The notes: generated by a model not told the origin, from the letters alone. 64,000 bases of DNA from an uncultured Gemmatimonadales bacterium (GCA_963730185.1 CAVSQW010000015.1:576001-640000), one strand, 5' to 3'; shown: positions 53,322-62,187, numbered from the stretch's first letter. Program-made: numbers and translations.

Positions 53322-53552
53322 CGTCTCCTCCCGCTGGCATGGGGCCACGTCATGGGCCTCGATCGCCCAGCCATGCCCTGTGCCGGTTCCGGACCGACCG
53401 AACCTGTCTGTAGAAGGGAGCATCGGCCGGGCCCATAAGAATTGCGTGAAGCTGGGGCGAAGGGGCCTTCCGGGGGAAGCGAACCCGGGAGGTCGGCCTC
53501 GGGCAGGCCGTCCCAGGTGAGGGTGCCGAGATGGAGGAAGACCGTCACCGGC

Positions 53553-53837
53553 TCACACCGGCTTTACCCCACCGCCCGTCGCTGGCTCGTCGCCCCGCCG
53601 CTCGACCACCAGGGTGTAGTGCGACGCCAACGCCGCGATCGAGCCGAGCGCCACCCAGAGCGGCAGCAGGACCGCGCCCATCACGCCCACGGTGAGCGGG
53701 ATCTCGACGATGGTGTGCCCCTCGTCGTTCTTGATGATGATCCGCCGGATGTTGCCCTCGCGGACCAGCTCCTTGACCCGCGCGACCAGCCCTTCGCCCG
53801 CGACCCGGTGCTCCTCGGTCCTCGTCTGCTCCGCCAT
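53553..53837 (-). CDS. DUF4342-like small membrane protein
   Basis: LVARVKELVREGNIRRIIIK...EIPLTVG, hydrophobic segment, TLVVER. Confidence 0.8.
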   Translation of the reverse strand: MAEQTRTEEHRVAGEGLVARVKELVREGNIRRIIIKNDEGHTIVEIPLTVGVMGAVLLPLWVALGSIAALASHYTLVVERRGDEPATGGGVKPV

Positions 53838-53865
53838 GATGCCCGCCTGTTGGATGACGAGGAAA

Positions 53866-54006
53866 GATAGTGACTGGTGACTAGGGAGTGGTGAATAGGG
53901 AGGGACTGGTGAGTGGGCGGTAGGGGCTCCGTGGGAGGTCGGGGGCCCCTAATCACCACTCCCTACTCCCTCCCTATTCACCAATCCCTAGTCACCAGTC
54001 ACTATC
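53866..54006. repeat. Heptamer-built near-perfect inverted repeat (40-bp arms, 1 mismatch)
   Basis: 53866-53905 GATAGTGACTGGTGACTAGGGAGTGGTGAATAGGGAGGGA matches the reverse complement of 53967-54006. Confidence 0.85.
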
Positions 54007-55577
54007 GCCGTTCTCGGCGGCGGCTTCTTCACCAAGCCGAGCAGCGGCATCGAGCCGACCAGCACGATGCCGCTCAGAAGGAAGATCTTGTCGAAGGCGA
54101 TCATGCTGGCCTGGGCGGTGATCTCGCCGGAAAGGATGGCCAGGCCCTGCTGGTGGGCCGCGACGGGATCGACTCCCCGGGCGATCAAACCGTGGGCGAT
54201 CCGGGTCAGGCGTTCGGCCCCGACCGAGCCGTAGGCCGCCATGTGCCCGCGGAGGACCTGGGTGGCCTGGTCGGTATAGCGGGTCAGGAGGGTCGCGATC
54301 GCCGCGATGCCGAACGAGCCGCCGATCTGCCGGAAGAAGTTGAAGAGCCCGGTGCCCTGCGCCAGCTCCGAGCGGTCCAGGTCGGCCAGGGCGAGGTTGG
54401 TGAGCGGCACGAACACCAGCCCCAGGCCCAGGCCGCGGTAGATCAGCGGGAGGTAGAGATCCTCGTTGCCGCTCTGGGTGGTCAGGTGGCCGAGCTGCCA
54501 CATCGAGATCCCGAACAGCACCGAGCCGATCACGATCAGCCACCGCGGGTCGGTGGTGTTGCTCACCCGGCCCACGAAGAACATCGAGACCGCCGTCGCG
54601 ATCGCCCCCGGAAGGATGATCATCCCGGTCTGAAACGCGGTCTTGTGGAGGAGCCCCTGGAGGAAGAGCGGCAGCACGAACACCGAGCCGTAGAGGGCCA
54701 CCCCGATCAGGATCCCGATCACCGTCCCCACCCACATCGGTCGGTGCCGGAGCACCCGGAAGTCGATCGCCGGGTTCCGGGTGGCGAACTCCCGCCAGAC
54801 CAGCAGCAGCCCGGTCGCCACCCCGACCACCGTGAGGGTGGTGATCAGCCGCGAGTTGAACCAGTCCTCCCGCTGGCCGTGCTCGATCATGTACTGGAGA
54901 CAGCCCACGCTCACGATCAGGAGCAGGATGCCGAGCGCGTCCACCGAGCGGTCGCGGAGCCGGGGCGCCCGGTCATGCACGTAGGCCAGCACCAGGAAGG
55001 CGCTCAACAGCCCGATCGGCAGGTTGATGTAGAAGATCCAGGGCCAGGAGTAGTTGTCGGTGATCCAGCCGCCTAACGTCGGGCCGATGGTCGGGCCCAC
55101 CATGACGCCCACGCCCCACAGGGCGATCGCCTTGCCGGCCTCGTCGCGCGGGAAGGCCTCGTAGATGATGGCCTGCGAGGTGGAGAGCAGGGCTCCGCCT
55201 CCGATCCCCTGGATGACCCGCCAGAAGACCAGGCTGTCGAGCGAGCGCGAGGCCCCGCAGAAGAACGACGAGGCCGTGAAGATCAGAATCGAGCTGGCGA
55301 AGTAGCGCCGCCGGCCGAAGAAGGCCGCCAGCCAGCCGGTGAGCGGAATGACGATGACGCTGGCCAGGATGTAGCCGGTGGAGACCCAGGCGATCTCGTC
55401 GATCGTCGCGCCCAGGGACCCCATCATGTGGGGGATCGCGACGTTGACGATCGAGGTGTCGATGACCTGGAGGACCGACGCCAGGACCACGGCGAGCGCG
55501 ATCATGTACCGATGCGGCTCGCCCCGGTCCTGGAGCCGAGCGGCGTCGGCGGTGGGGGCGTCGGCGGTGGCCGTCAC
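53988..55577 (-). CDS. DHA2 (EmrB/QacA) family MFS efflux transporter
   Basis: IDTSIVNVAIP, WVSTGYILA, GWLAAFFGRRR, RVIQGIGGG, GPTIGPTLGGWIT, WIFYINLPIG. Confidence 0.93.
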   Translation of the reverse strand: MTATADAPTADAARLQDRGEPHRYMIALAVVLASVLQVIDTSIVNVAIPHMMGSLGATIDEIAWVSTGYILASVIVIPLTGWLAAFFGRRRYFASSILIFTASSFFCGASRSLDSLVFWRVIQGIGGGALLSTSQAIIYEAFPRDEAGKAIALWGVGVMVGPTIGPTLGGWITDNYSWPWIFYINLPIGLLSAFLVLAYVHDRAPRLRDRSVDALGILLLIVSVGCLQYMIEHGQREDWFNSRLITTLTVVGVATGLLLVWREFATRNPAIDFRVLRHRPMWVGTVIGILIGVALYGSVFVLPLFLQGLLHKTAFQTGMIILPGAIATAVSMFFVGRVSNTTDPRWLIVIGSVLFGISMWQLGHLTTQSGNEDLYLPLIYRGLGLGLVFVPLTNLALADLDRSELAQGTGLFNFFRQIGGSFGIAAIATLLTRYTDQATQVLRGHMAAYGSVGAERLTRIAHGLIARGVDPVAAHQQGLAILSGEITAQASMIAFDKIFLLSGIVLVGSMPLLGLVKKPPPRTAIVTGD

Positions 55578-55583
55578 CCGCGA

Positions 55584-55609
55584 ATCCTACGTTCAGTCTG
55601 GACTGAACG
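55584..55609 (-). promoter_or_regulatory. Leaderless -10 (TAGGAT) with an adjacent palindromic operator
   Basis: CGTTCAGTC-TG-GACTGAACG (55590-55609) abuts TAGGAT, which lies 6 nt before the GTG start. Confidence 0.7.
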
Positions 55610-55622
55610 AAACCCCCGCTCC

Positions 55623-56000
55623 TTAGCCCAGCGCCGTCCCGTTCCGGACCGCCGGCGGCAGGAGATCGTCGGGCGCGGACGCCAGGACCCGGCGCTCGAA
55701 TCGGCGGGTCGGGTCGGGGCGGGTCTCGGCCACGGCCGGGCTCCGACAGGTGACCGCCCCAGCGGTGGCGATCCAGCTGGCGGCGGCGAAGTCCTCGATC
55801 ACCACCCCGCGGTAGCCAAGCTCGGCGGGTGGGGTTGCCGACCGGGTGCCGCCGGCGGGCAGGGAGGCCCAGATCTGGAGCAGCTCCCGGCAGGTGTCGG
55901 CGTCGAGCTCCCAGGCCGGGTCGGGCCGCCCGGAGTAGAGCAGGGCCCGGGCGGTCCGGGGCCCGGCGGACCGGGCGTCAGCGAATCTTGATGTGGCCAT
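55623..56000 (-). CDS. Hypothetical protein, stand-alone SGRPxP/LGYRG domain
   Basis: LYSGRPDP...ELL...LGYRGVVIE...DPT, paralogous to the N-terminus of the upstream gene. Confidence 0.7.
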   Translation of the reverse strand: MATSRFADARSAGPRTARALLYSGRPDPAWELDADTCRELLQIWASLPAGGTRSATPPAELGYRGVVIEDFAAASWIATAGAVTCRSPAVAETRPDPTRRFERRVLASAPDDLLPPAVRNGTALG

Positions 56001-56856
56001 GCATCACGATCATGAAGGTGCAGAAGTTGGTGTAGGGTCCCCGGTCGGCGGTTCGCGGATCGGGAATCAGGTGTCCGCTGTTGTCGCGGTCGGTCGCCTG
56101 GGTGCTGCCGGGTTTGTGGGTCCAGTAGCCGCTCCGACCCTTCCGGTACCAGTGGAAGTCCCAGCCCGGCGCTACTACCAACGCGACGAGATGCCCTTCC
56201 TTCGGACAGCGGTTCCGGGCTTTGGGGGAGGGAATCAGGCGATCGGCGACGGCCCCGGCCCGGACGTCGGTGCAGGCCAGCGCTCCGTACATGGCGCCGG
56301 CGGCCAGACCCGGTTGGGCGAAGGTGTCCGAGCGATAGTCGGAGGCGTAGTTGTAACAGTTGTTGTTCCACTGGATCTGGCCGGCGTCGTTCCACCAGGC
56401 CGGCTCCCAGAGGGGGGCGCAGTGGCAGTGTCCCCGCGGCGGGCGATGCGGCCGGGCCCACCGATAGCGGCGGACCAGGTCGCGAAACCGGTCCACCTCG
56501 GTACCGAGCACCTCGTGGAGGACCGCGGCCGAGGGATGGAGGCGGAGCGGGCCGGTGGGCCCGGCGATCAGATCCTCGACCGTCGGATCGGCCACCGCTC
56601 GCGCCAGTCCCTCGGCGTACACATGACCTGCCGCCAGCTTGGCGGTGCGGGGCAGCCGCCGATCGCGCCGGCCGATCTGCTCGATGGTGACGCCCCGGTA
56701 TCCCAGGACCGACTCGGGCACCCGGGGCGCGGCCCGCGCCGCCCGACCGCGGGGGGCGGCCAGGCGGGCGAGGAGCTCCTGGGCTTCGGGACCGTCGACG
56801 ACGACGGACGGATTGGGGCGGCCGCTGAACAGGTCGATCGTGAGACGAAGCGCCAT
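55978..56856 (-). CDS. Hypothetical protein: SGRPxP/LGYRG domain plus a putative Cys-His catalytic domain
   Basis: GGAGG SD; LFSGRPNP...LGYRGVTIE N-domain; C-domain NNCYNYA...DFHWYR...WTHKPG. Confidence 0.75.
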   Translation of the reverse strand: MALRLTIDLFSGRPNPSVVVDGPEAQELLARLAAPRGRAARAAPRVPESVLGYRGVTIEQIGRRDRRLPRTAKLAAGHVYAEGLARAVADPTVEDLIAGPTGPLRLHPSAAVLHEVLGTEVDRFRDLVRRYRWARPHRPPRGHCHCAPLWEPAWWNDAGQIQWNNNCYNYASDYRSDTFAQPGLAAGAMYGALACTDVRAGAVADRLIPSPKARNRCPKEGHLVALVVAPGWDFHWYRKGRSGYWTHKPGSTQATDRDNSGHLIPDPRTADRGPYTNFCTFMIVMHGHIKIR

Positions 56857-56901
56857 GGGGACCTCCGGGCTGGACCGTGGGACGACGAGCGCCGACGTTT
56901 C

Positions 56902-56930
56902 ACGTTAGGTCCCGGCCGGGCGGGGTTCAA
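56902..56930 (-). promoter_or_regulatory. Sigma70-type promoter for the 56856 operon
   Basis: TTGAAC-N17-TAACGT on the minus strand. Confidence 0.55.
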
Positions 56931-56999
56931 CTTGGGAGAAACCCTGGCTCGAGGTCCCGGGGCTTCCCCCCAACCCCGGCGCCCCGCCATCCTTGGGGC

Positions 57000-57767
57000 A
57001 TGACCGAGACCATTCTCCCCGCCGATGCCGGTGAGTGGGATCCAGGGCTGGGCTCGCGCGAGCACGAATGGCTGTTGGGCGCGCCCCGGTCCCGGACCTC
57101 CGAGCTGCTCCGCGTCGTTCGGATCGCGGCCGAGTTCATCAAGGGCTTTCGGAGCCTGCACTTCGTCGGCCCCTGCGTCACCGTCTTCGGCTCGGCCCGC
57201 TTCTCGGTCGGACACCGCTACTACGACCTGGCCCGAGGGGTGGGCGGTGAGGTAGCGCGGTTGGGTCTGACCACGATGACCGGCGGCGGGCCGGGGGTGA
57301 TGGAGGCCGCCAACCGGGGCGCCCGCGAGGCCGGCGGCCGCTCGATCGGGTGCAACATCGCGCTGCCGCACGAGCAGGAGCCCAATCCGTATCTCGATCG
57401 CTGGATCACCTTCCGGTACTTCTTCGTCCGGAAGGTGATGTTGGTGAAGTACAGCTACGCCTTCGTCGTGCTCCCCGGCGGGTTCGGCACGCTGGACGAG
57501 CTCTTCGAATCGCTCACGCTGGTCCAGACCAGGAAGATCAGCGCCTTCCCGATCGTGTTGATGGGGACGGAGTACTGGGGCCCTCTGCTGGACTTCGTCC
57601 GCACCACCCTTCTGGCTCAGCGGACCATCGGCCCCGGCGACCTCGATCTGCTCCGGGTGACGGATTCGCTCGACGACCTCCGGGCCGACCTGAGCCAGTG
57701 CATCGAGGCCAATCGGGCCGAGTGGTCGCGGGTCCCGCGCCGGCGCCGGCTGCTGGGCGAGAAGTAA
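57000..57767 (+). CDS. LOG family (TIGR00730) nucleotide monophosphate nucleosidase
   Basis: VTVFGSAR, TGGGPGVMEAANRGA, FFVRKVM, PGGFGTLDE. Confidence 0.92.
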   Translation: MTETILPADAGEWDPGLGSREHEWLLGAPRSRTSELLRVVRIAAEFIKGFRSLHFVGPCVTVFGSARFSVGHRYYDLARGVGGEVARLGLTTMTGGGPGVMEAANRGAREAGGRSIGCNIALPHEQEPNPYLDRWITFRYFFVRKVMLVKYSYAFVVLPGGFGTLDELFESLTLVQTRKISAFPIVLMGTEYWGPLLDFVRTTLLAQRTIGPGDLDLLRVTDSLDDLRADLSQCIEANRAEWSRVPRRRRLLGEK

Positions 57768-57802
57768 CGCCCGCCACCTCACCTTCACTGCTGGAGAACG
57801 CC

Positions 57803-58618
57803 ATGGCTCCCGCGCGGCTTCGCCCGCTGATCCGTCCCGGCCCGGTCGCCCTGCCGGACGCCGACGCCCGTTCCTCCTACGACTTCCCCAAGAATCACGA
57901 GCTCAACGAGCAACTCGAGGCGCTCCGCGACCGGATCGAGGCGCGGGGGTCCGCCCTGGCCGCCGAGGGCACCCGAGCGGTGCTGGTCGTGCTCCAGGGG
58001 CGGGACACGGCGGGGAAGGACGGGACCATCCGGAAGGTGTTCGGCGACGTCAACCCGGCCTATTGCGTGGTCCACTCGTTCAAGCAGCCCACGCCGCTCG
58101 AGCTCCGTCACGACTTTCTCTGGCGGGTCCACCAGGCGGTCCCGCCGGCCGGGGTGATCGGGGTGTTCAACCGGTCCCACTACGAGGACGTGCTGGTGGT
58201 CAGGGTGCACGAGCTGGTGCCGGAGCCGCTCTGGCGGAAGCGGTACGACCACATCAACGCGTTCGAGCGGCTCCTGGCCGACCACGGCGTGACGGTGCTC
58301 AAGTTCATGCTCCATGTCTCCAAGGAGGAGCAGCGGTCCCGCTTGGAGGCCCGGCTGGACGATCCCTCGAAGAACTGGAAGTTCTCGGTCGGCGACCTGG
58401 AGGAGCGGAAGCACTGGAAGGCCTATACCGCGGCCTACGAGGAGATGCTGGAGCGGACCAGCACCGAGTGGGCGCCCTGGTACGTGGTCCCGGCCGACAA
58501 GAAGAGCGCCCGCGATCTGCTGGTGGCGGAGGTGGTGGCCGAGGCGTTGGACCGGTTGGATCCGCGGTTTCCGGCCGCCGACCCGAAGGTGCTGGACTAC
58601 CGCGGGAAGATCGACTGA
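57803..58618 (+). CDS. Polyphosphate kinase 2 family (class III-like)
   Basis: LQGRDTAGKDG, FKQPT, HDFLWR, FNRSHYEDVL, WKFSVGDL, APWYVVPAD. Confidence 0.93.
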   Translation: MAPARLRPLIRPGPVALPDADARSSYDFPKNHELNEQLEALRDRIEARGSALAAEGTRAVLVVLQGRDTAGKDGTIRKVFGDVNPAYCVVHSFKQPTPLELRHDFLWRVHQAVPPAGVIGVFNRSHYEDVLVVRVHELVPEPLWRKRYDHINAFERLLADHGVTVLKFMLHVSKEEQRSRLEARLDDPSKNWKFSVGDLEERKHWKAYTAAYEEMLERTSTEWAPWYVVPADKKSARDLLVAEVVAEALDRLDPRFPAADPKVLDYRGKID

Positions 58619-58625
58619 GCCGGCC

Positions 58626-59084
58626 CTAGAACATCCCGCCGGGGCCGGAGATGAAGTAGGTGAGCCGGCCGCCGACCATGATGAAGGGCGACTTGCCCGC
58701 GAAGGTCGAGACGAACTTGGCCAGGAGCTTCGCGTCGGCGCTCTCCACTGCCACCCCGATCAGGGGCACGTCGTCCTCGAGCTCGACGTTTTCGTAGTCG
58801 AGGACGTAGTAGGTCCGGTCCAACGACGCGGCGAGTCCCCCCGACAGGTACTTCTCGAGTCCCAGCGGGACCTGGCCGACCCCGGATTCCGGAGGCCAGG
58901 CCTCGTGGTCGGCGTAGTAGTTGATGGCCCCGATCTGGATGGCCCGGACGTCGGCGACCAGCGCGGCGGTCCGGGCGGTGTTCCGGAGGTCGATGTACTT
59001 GAGCAGGCCGAGCCCGGTCAGAATCCCGAGCACGATCAGCACCATCAGCATCTCGACCAGGGTGAAGCCCCGGACCGACCGCAT
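58626..59084 (-). CDS. Type IV pilin / type II secretion pseudopilin
   Basis: Prepilin cleavage motif RG|FTLVEMLMVLIVLGIL. Confidence 0.88.
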   Translation of the reverse strand: MRSVRGFTLVEMLMVLIVLGILTGLGLLKYIDLRNTARTAALVADVRAIQIGAINYYADHEAWPPESGVGQVPLGLEKYLSGGLAASLDRTYYVLDYENVELEDDVPLIGVAVESADAKLLAKFVSTFAGKSPFIMVGGRLTYFISGPGGMF

Positions 59085-59086
59085 GC

Positions 59087-59599
59087 TCACGTCCGCCGCT
59101 GCAAGGTCAGGATGGCCTTCACGACGAGGGGTTTGAGGGAGTCGGTCGAGCGGACCACGATCAGGGAGTCGCCGGCCTGGAGCCGGACCTGGAACCGATC
59201 TTGTCCTTGGGGCTCGTAGTGAATGTCGCTGGTGCGGATCCCGGCCTCCGCCAGAGCGCGGGGCAGGCGGCCGCGGACGTCGCGGAACGCCCGGATGTGG
59301 CTGACCGCCTCGACCAGCGCCAGAGTGGCCGACGCGGCCTTCACGGCCGACGACTCCACGGGGAGCTTCGGGCCGGCGAGCCACGGCGGTTGGGTCAGGA
59401 GCAGGAATCCACCCACCATCGCCACCATCGCGAGCAGACCGCGGAACACGTGGCGTCCAGCCCCGGCGGGGGGGACGTATCCGGGCGGATAATGCCGCTT
59501 GGCGCGCTGCTCCGCGACGGCGGCCTGGGCCGCCTCGAGCAGGGCGCTCTTGCTCTCGCGGAGCGTGGGCTCCGGTGTCGGCTGTTTGGGTCGTTCCAT
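59087..59599 (-). CDS. Hypothetical single-pass membrane protein
   Basis: One TM helix (GLLAMVAMVGGFLLL) followed by a pilin-like FRDVRGRLPRAL helix. Confidence 0.6.
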   Translation of the reverse strand: MERPKQPTPEPTLRESKSALLEAAQAAVAEQRAKRHYPPGYVPPAGAGRHVFRGLLAMVAMVGGFLLLTQPPWLAGPKLPVESSAVKAASATLALVEAVSHIRAFRDVRGRLPRALAEAGIRTSDIHYEPQGQDRFQVRLQAGDSLIVVRSTDSLKPLVVKAILTLQRRT

Positions 59600-59661
59600 T
59601 GGCCGTGGTCCGCGGCGGATCGGGTCGAGGTTGATAATGTAGCCGCCCCGGGTCGGCCGCG

Positions 59662-60039
59662 TCAGTCGGGGCCGGCCTCGCCGCGAATCGCGGCCGCGAT
59701 CTGGTCCCCGAAGCGCCGGACGTCGATCGGTTTGGTGATGAACGCGTCGAACCCGGCCTCCAGGGCGCGGTCGCGATCGCTGCCATGGGCATGGGCGGTG
59801 AGCGCGACCACCCGGATGGTGTCGCCGAACTCCGCCCGGAGCTCGGTCACCAGGGCGTAGCCGTCGCGCCCCGGCAGCTGGATGTCGAGCAGGATCAGAT
59901 CGGGCCGATGTTCGGTTACCGCCGCGCGCAGGCCCTCACCCGAGGCGAGCTCCACCAACTGATGCCCCTGCCTCGTGAGCAGGGCACGAAAGAGCTTCAT
60001 GTTGTCGGGATTGTCTTCCACGACCAGCAGGCGGGCCAT
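59662..60039 (-). CDS. Single-domain response regulator (DivK/CheY-like)
   Basis: LVVEDN, DLILLDIQLP, ALTA, ITKPID. Confidence 0.92.
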   Translation of the reverse strand: MARLLVVEDNPDNMKLFRALLTRQGHQLVELASGEGLRAAVTEHRPDLILLDIQLPGRDGYALVTELRAEFGDTIRVVALTAHAHGSDRDRALEAGFDAFITKPIDVRRFGDQIAAAIRGEAGPD

Positions 60040-60042
60040 CGG

Positions 60043-62187
60043 TCAGGCCATCCTAGTCCGGCGCAGCACCGCCCGGACCCGGGCCCGGAGCGACGGTGGC
60101 TGAACCGGTTTGGCCAAAAAATCTTGCGCTCCGAGATCGAGCACTCGAACCTCCGATTCGCCGGTGTGGGCGGTGAGCACGATGACCGGGACGCTCGAGG
60201 TCAGGACCCGGGCCCGGAGCTCCTCGAGGACGCCGAAGCCGTCGAGCCGGGGCATCTCGAGGTCGAGGATCATTAGGTCGAACGGCCGCGACTCGATCAG
60301 CTCCAGGGCGCCGAGGCCGTCGCCCGCCTCGGTTACCTGGTGGCCGTCCCGTTCCAGGATCGTCCGGATCAGCCGGCGCATCTGCTCGTCGTCGTCCGCG
60401 ACGAGCACCCGCGTGGCCGGGGCGCCGGCGGGCACGACCGACGGGGCCGGCCCCGGCGTGGGGCGCGGCGCGGCCGGGCGTTCGGCCGCGAGCTCTTCGG
60501 GGGGATGCTCGCCCATGACCCGGACCAGCTCCTCCAGCGACGTCTGGCCCCGCCAGAGCCGTTCCAGGCTACCGTCCCAGAGAGTCCGCATGCCCAAGGA
60601 GCGGGCGGCGGCCACCAGCCGGTCCCGGCCGGCGCCGCTCCCGATCAGCTGGGCAACCCGCTCGTCGACCGGCATGATCTCGAGGACCGCGAGCCGTCCC
60701 CGGAACCCGGTGCCGCCGCACGCCTTGCAGCCGACCGACTTCCGGATCGCGGGCGGGCCGTCGAAGGCGGCCGGGGCCCGGACCGCGCGAGGGATGTCCG
60801 CGTCCGGGACCGCCGTGGCGCACTGGGCACAGAGCCGGCGGACCAGTCGCTGCGCCACCACGCCCTTGACCGCGGTGGCGATCTCGGCGCTGTCGACGCC
60901 GAGCTCGCGGAGCCGGACCAGGGCCGAGGCCGCGTCGTTGGTGGGCAGCGTCGCCAGAACGAAATGGCCGGACCGGCCGGCTTGGACCGCGAGGGCCGCC
61001 GTCTCCCGGTCGCGGATCTCGCCGACCAGCACGACATCGGGACTCTGCCCCAGGGCGGAGCGGAGCGCGGTGGCGAAGGTGAGGCCCTGGCCCTCGTTGA
61101 CCTGGACCTGCGAAATCCCGGGGAGGTCATACTCGACCGGGTCCTCCACCGTCACGATGTTCGTGGCGCCCGTGGTCAGGTGGCTGAGCGCCGCGTAGAG
61201 CGTCGTGGTCTTCCCGCTCCCGGCCGGACCCGTCACCAGCACGATCCCTTCGCGATGGTCGAGCATCCGGAGCAGGAGGGTCTGCTGGTCGGGCGGCAGG
61301 CCCAGGTCCGGGACGTTGGCCCGGCGGTTGGCATCGTCGAGGACCCGGATCACGATCTGCTCGCCCCGGCGGGCCACCGGCACGGTCGAGACTCGGAGGC
61401 CCACCGGCACCCCGTCGACCCGCACCGCGGTCCGCCCGTCGTGTGGGTGGAGCGGGTCGGTCAGGTCGAGCTTGGCCAGGGTCTTGACCCGCCGGACCAG
61501 GGCCGGGCCGGCGGACGGGGGGAGGCGGATCACCTCCTTGAGGACGCCGTCGATCCGATAGCGGATCGAGGTGCACTCCACCAACGGCTCGCAGTGGATG
61601 TCGCTGGCTTGCTCGCGCACCGCGTCGCCGATCATCGCGTCGACCAGCCGGGCCATCGGTGCCTCGAGGCCCGGATCCCGGTCCCCGGCCGGCGCCGGCG
61701 CCTCGTCGTCCACCGTCTCGACCGGTGCCGATTGAAGCCCGCCCACCAGACGGTTCACCGCGACGTTCGGGGCGTAGACCTGCTCGATGCCGGCCGCGAT
61801 CTCGCTCGGGGTCGCCAGGAGCATGACCACCGCCCGGCCGGTCACGAACGTCAACGTCTGCTCGAGTCCCAAGTCCCGCGGGTCGCCGGTCGCGATCCGG
61901 ATCCGGCGATCGTCGGCACCGAGCGCCACGATCTGATATTTTCGGGCGATCGATTCCGGCACCAGGGCGGCGACCCGGGAATCCAGCGCCGAGAGATCGG
62001 CGATTCCGACTTTGAAGCGGGTCGAGAGGTGCGCCAGGATCAGCGGATCGGTCAGGTACCCTCGGCCGACCGCCGCCTGCCACGCGCTGCCGTCCGCGAC
62101 CGCGCGGAGATCCGCCGCCTGGGCACTGGTCAACGCCCCCGCGTCGAGCAACGTCTGGATCAGCCAGAGATCGGATGGTCCGCTCAC
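60043..62187 (-). CDS. GspE/PilB-family secretion ATPase fused to a C-terminal receiver domain
   Basis: ASDIH, RYRIDGVL, GPAGSGKTT, VEDPVEY, VGEIRD, CAQC/CKAC; REC domain VADDD..DLEMP..KP. Confidence 0.9.
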   Translation of the reverse strand: MSGPSDLWLIQTLLDAGALTSAQAADLRAVADGSAWQAAVGRGYLTDPLILAHLSTRFKVGIADLSALDSRVAALVPESIARKYQIVALGADDRRIRIATGDPRDLGLEQTLTFVTGRAVVMLLATPSEIAAGIEQVYAPNVAVNRLVGGLQSAPVETVDDEAPAPAGDRDPGLEAPMARLVDAMIGDAVREQASDIHCEPLVECTSIRYRIDGVLKEVIRLPPSAGPALVRRVKTLAKLDLTDPLHPHDGRTAVRVDGVPVGLRVSTVPVARRGEQIVIRVLDDANRRANVPDLGLPPDQQTLLLRMLDHREGIVLVTGPAGSGKTTTLYAALSHLTTGATNIVTVEDPVEYDLPGISQVQVNEGQGLTFATALRSALGQSPDVVLVGEIRDRETAALAVQAGRSGHFVLATLPTNDAASALVRLRELGVDSAEIATAVKGVVAQRLVRRLCAQCATAVPDADIPRAVRAPAAFDGPPAIRKSVGCKACGGTGFRGRLAVLEIMPVDERVAQLIGSGAGRDRLVAAARSLGMRTLWDGSLERLWRGQTSLEELVRVMGEHPPEELAAERPAAPRPTPGPAPSVVPAGAPATRVLVADDDEQMRRLIRTILERDGHQVTEAGDGLGALELIESRPFDLMILDLEMPRLDGFGVLEELRARVLTSSVPVIVLTAHTGESEVRVLDLGAQDFLAKPVQPPSLRARVRAVLRRTRMA

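Noticed and set aside
53216..53548. 110-aa minus-strand ORF downstream of the DUF4342-like gene
   Set aside because: No recognisable motif or SD, and it overlaps the better-supported 53321-53055 ORF.
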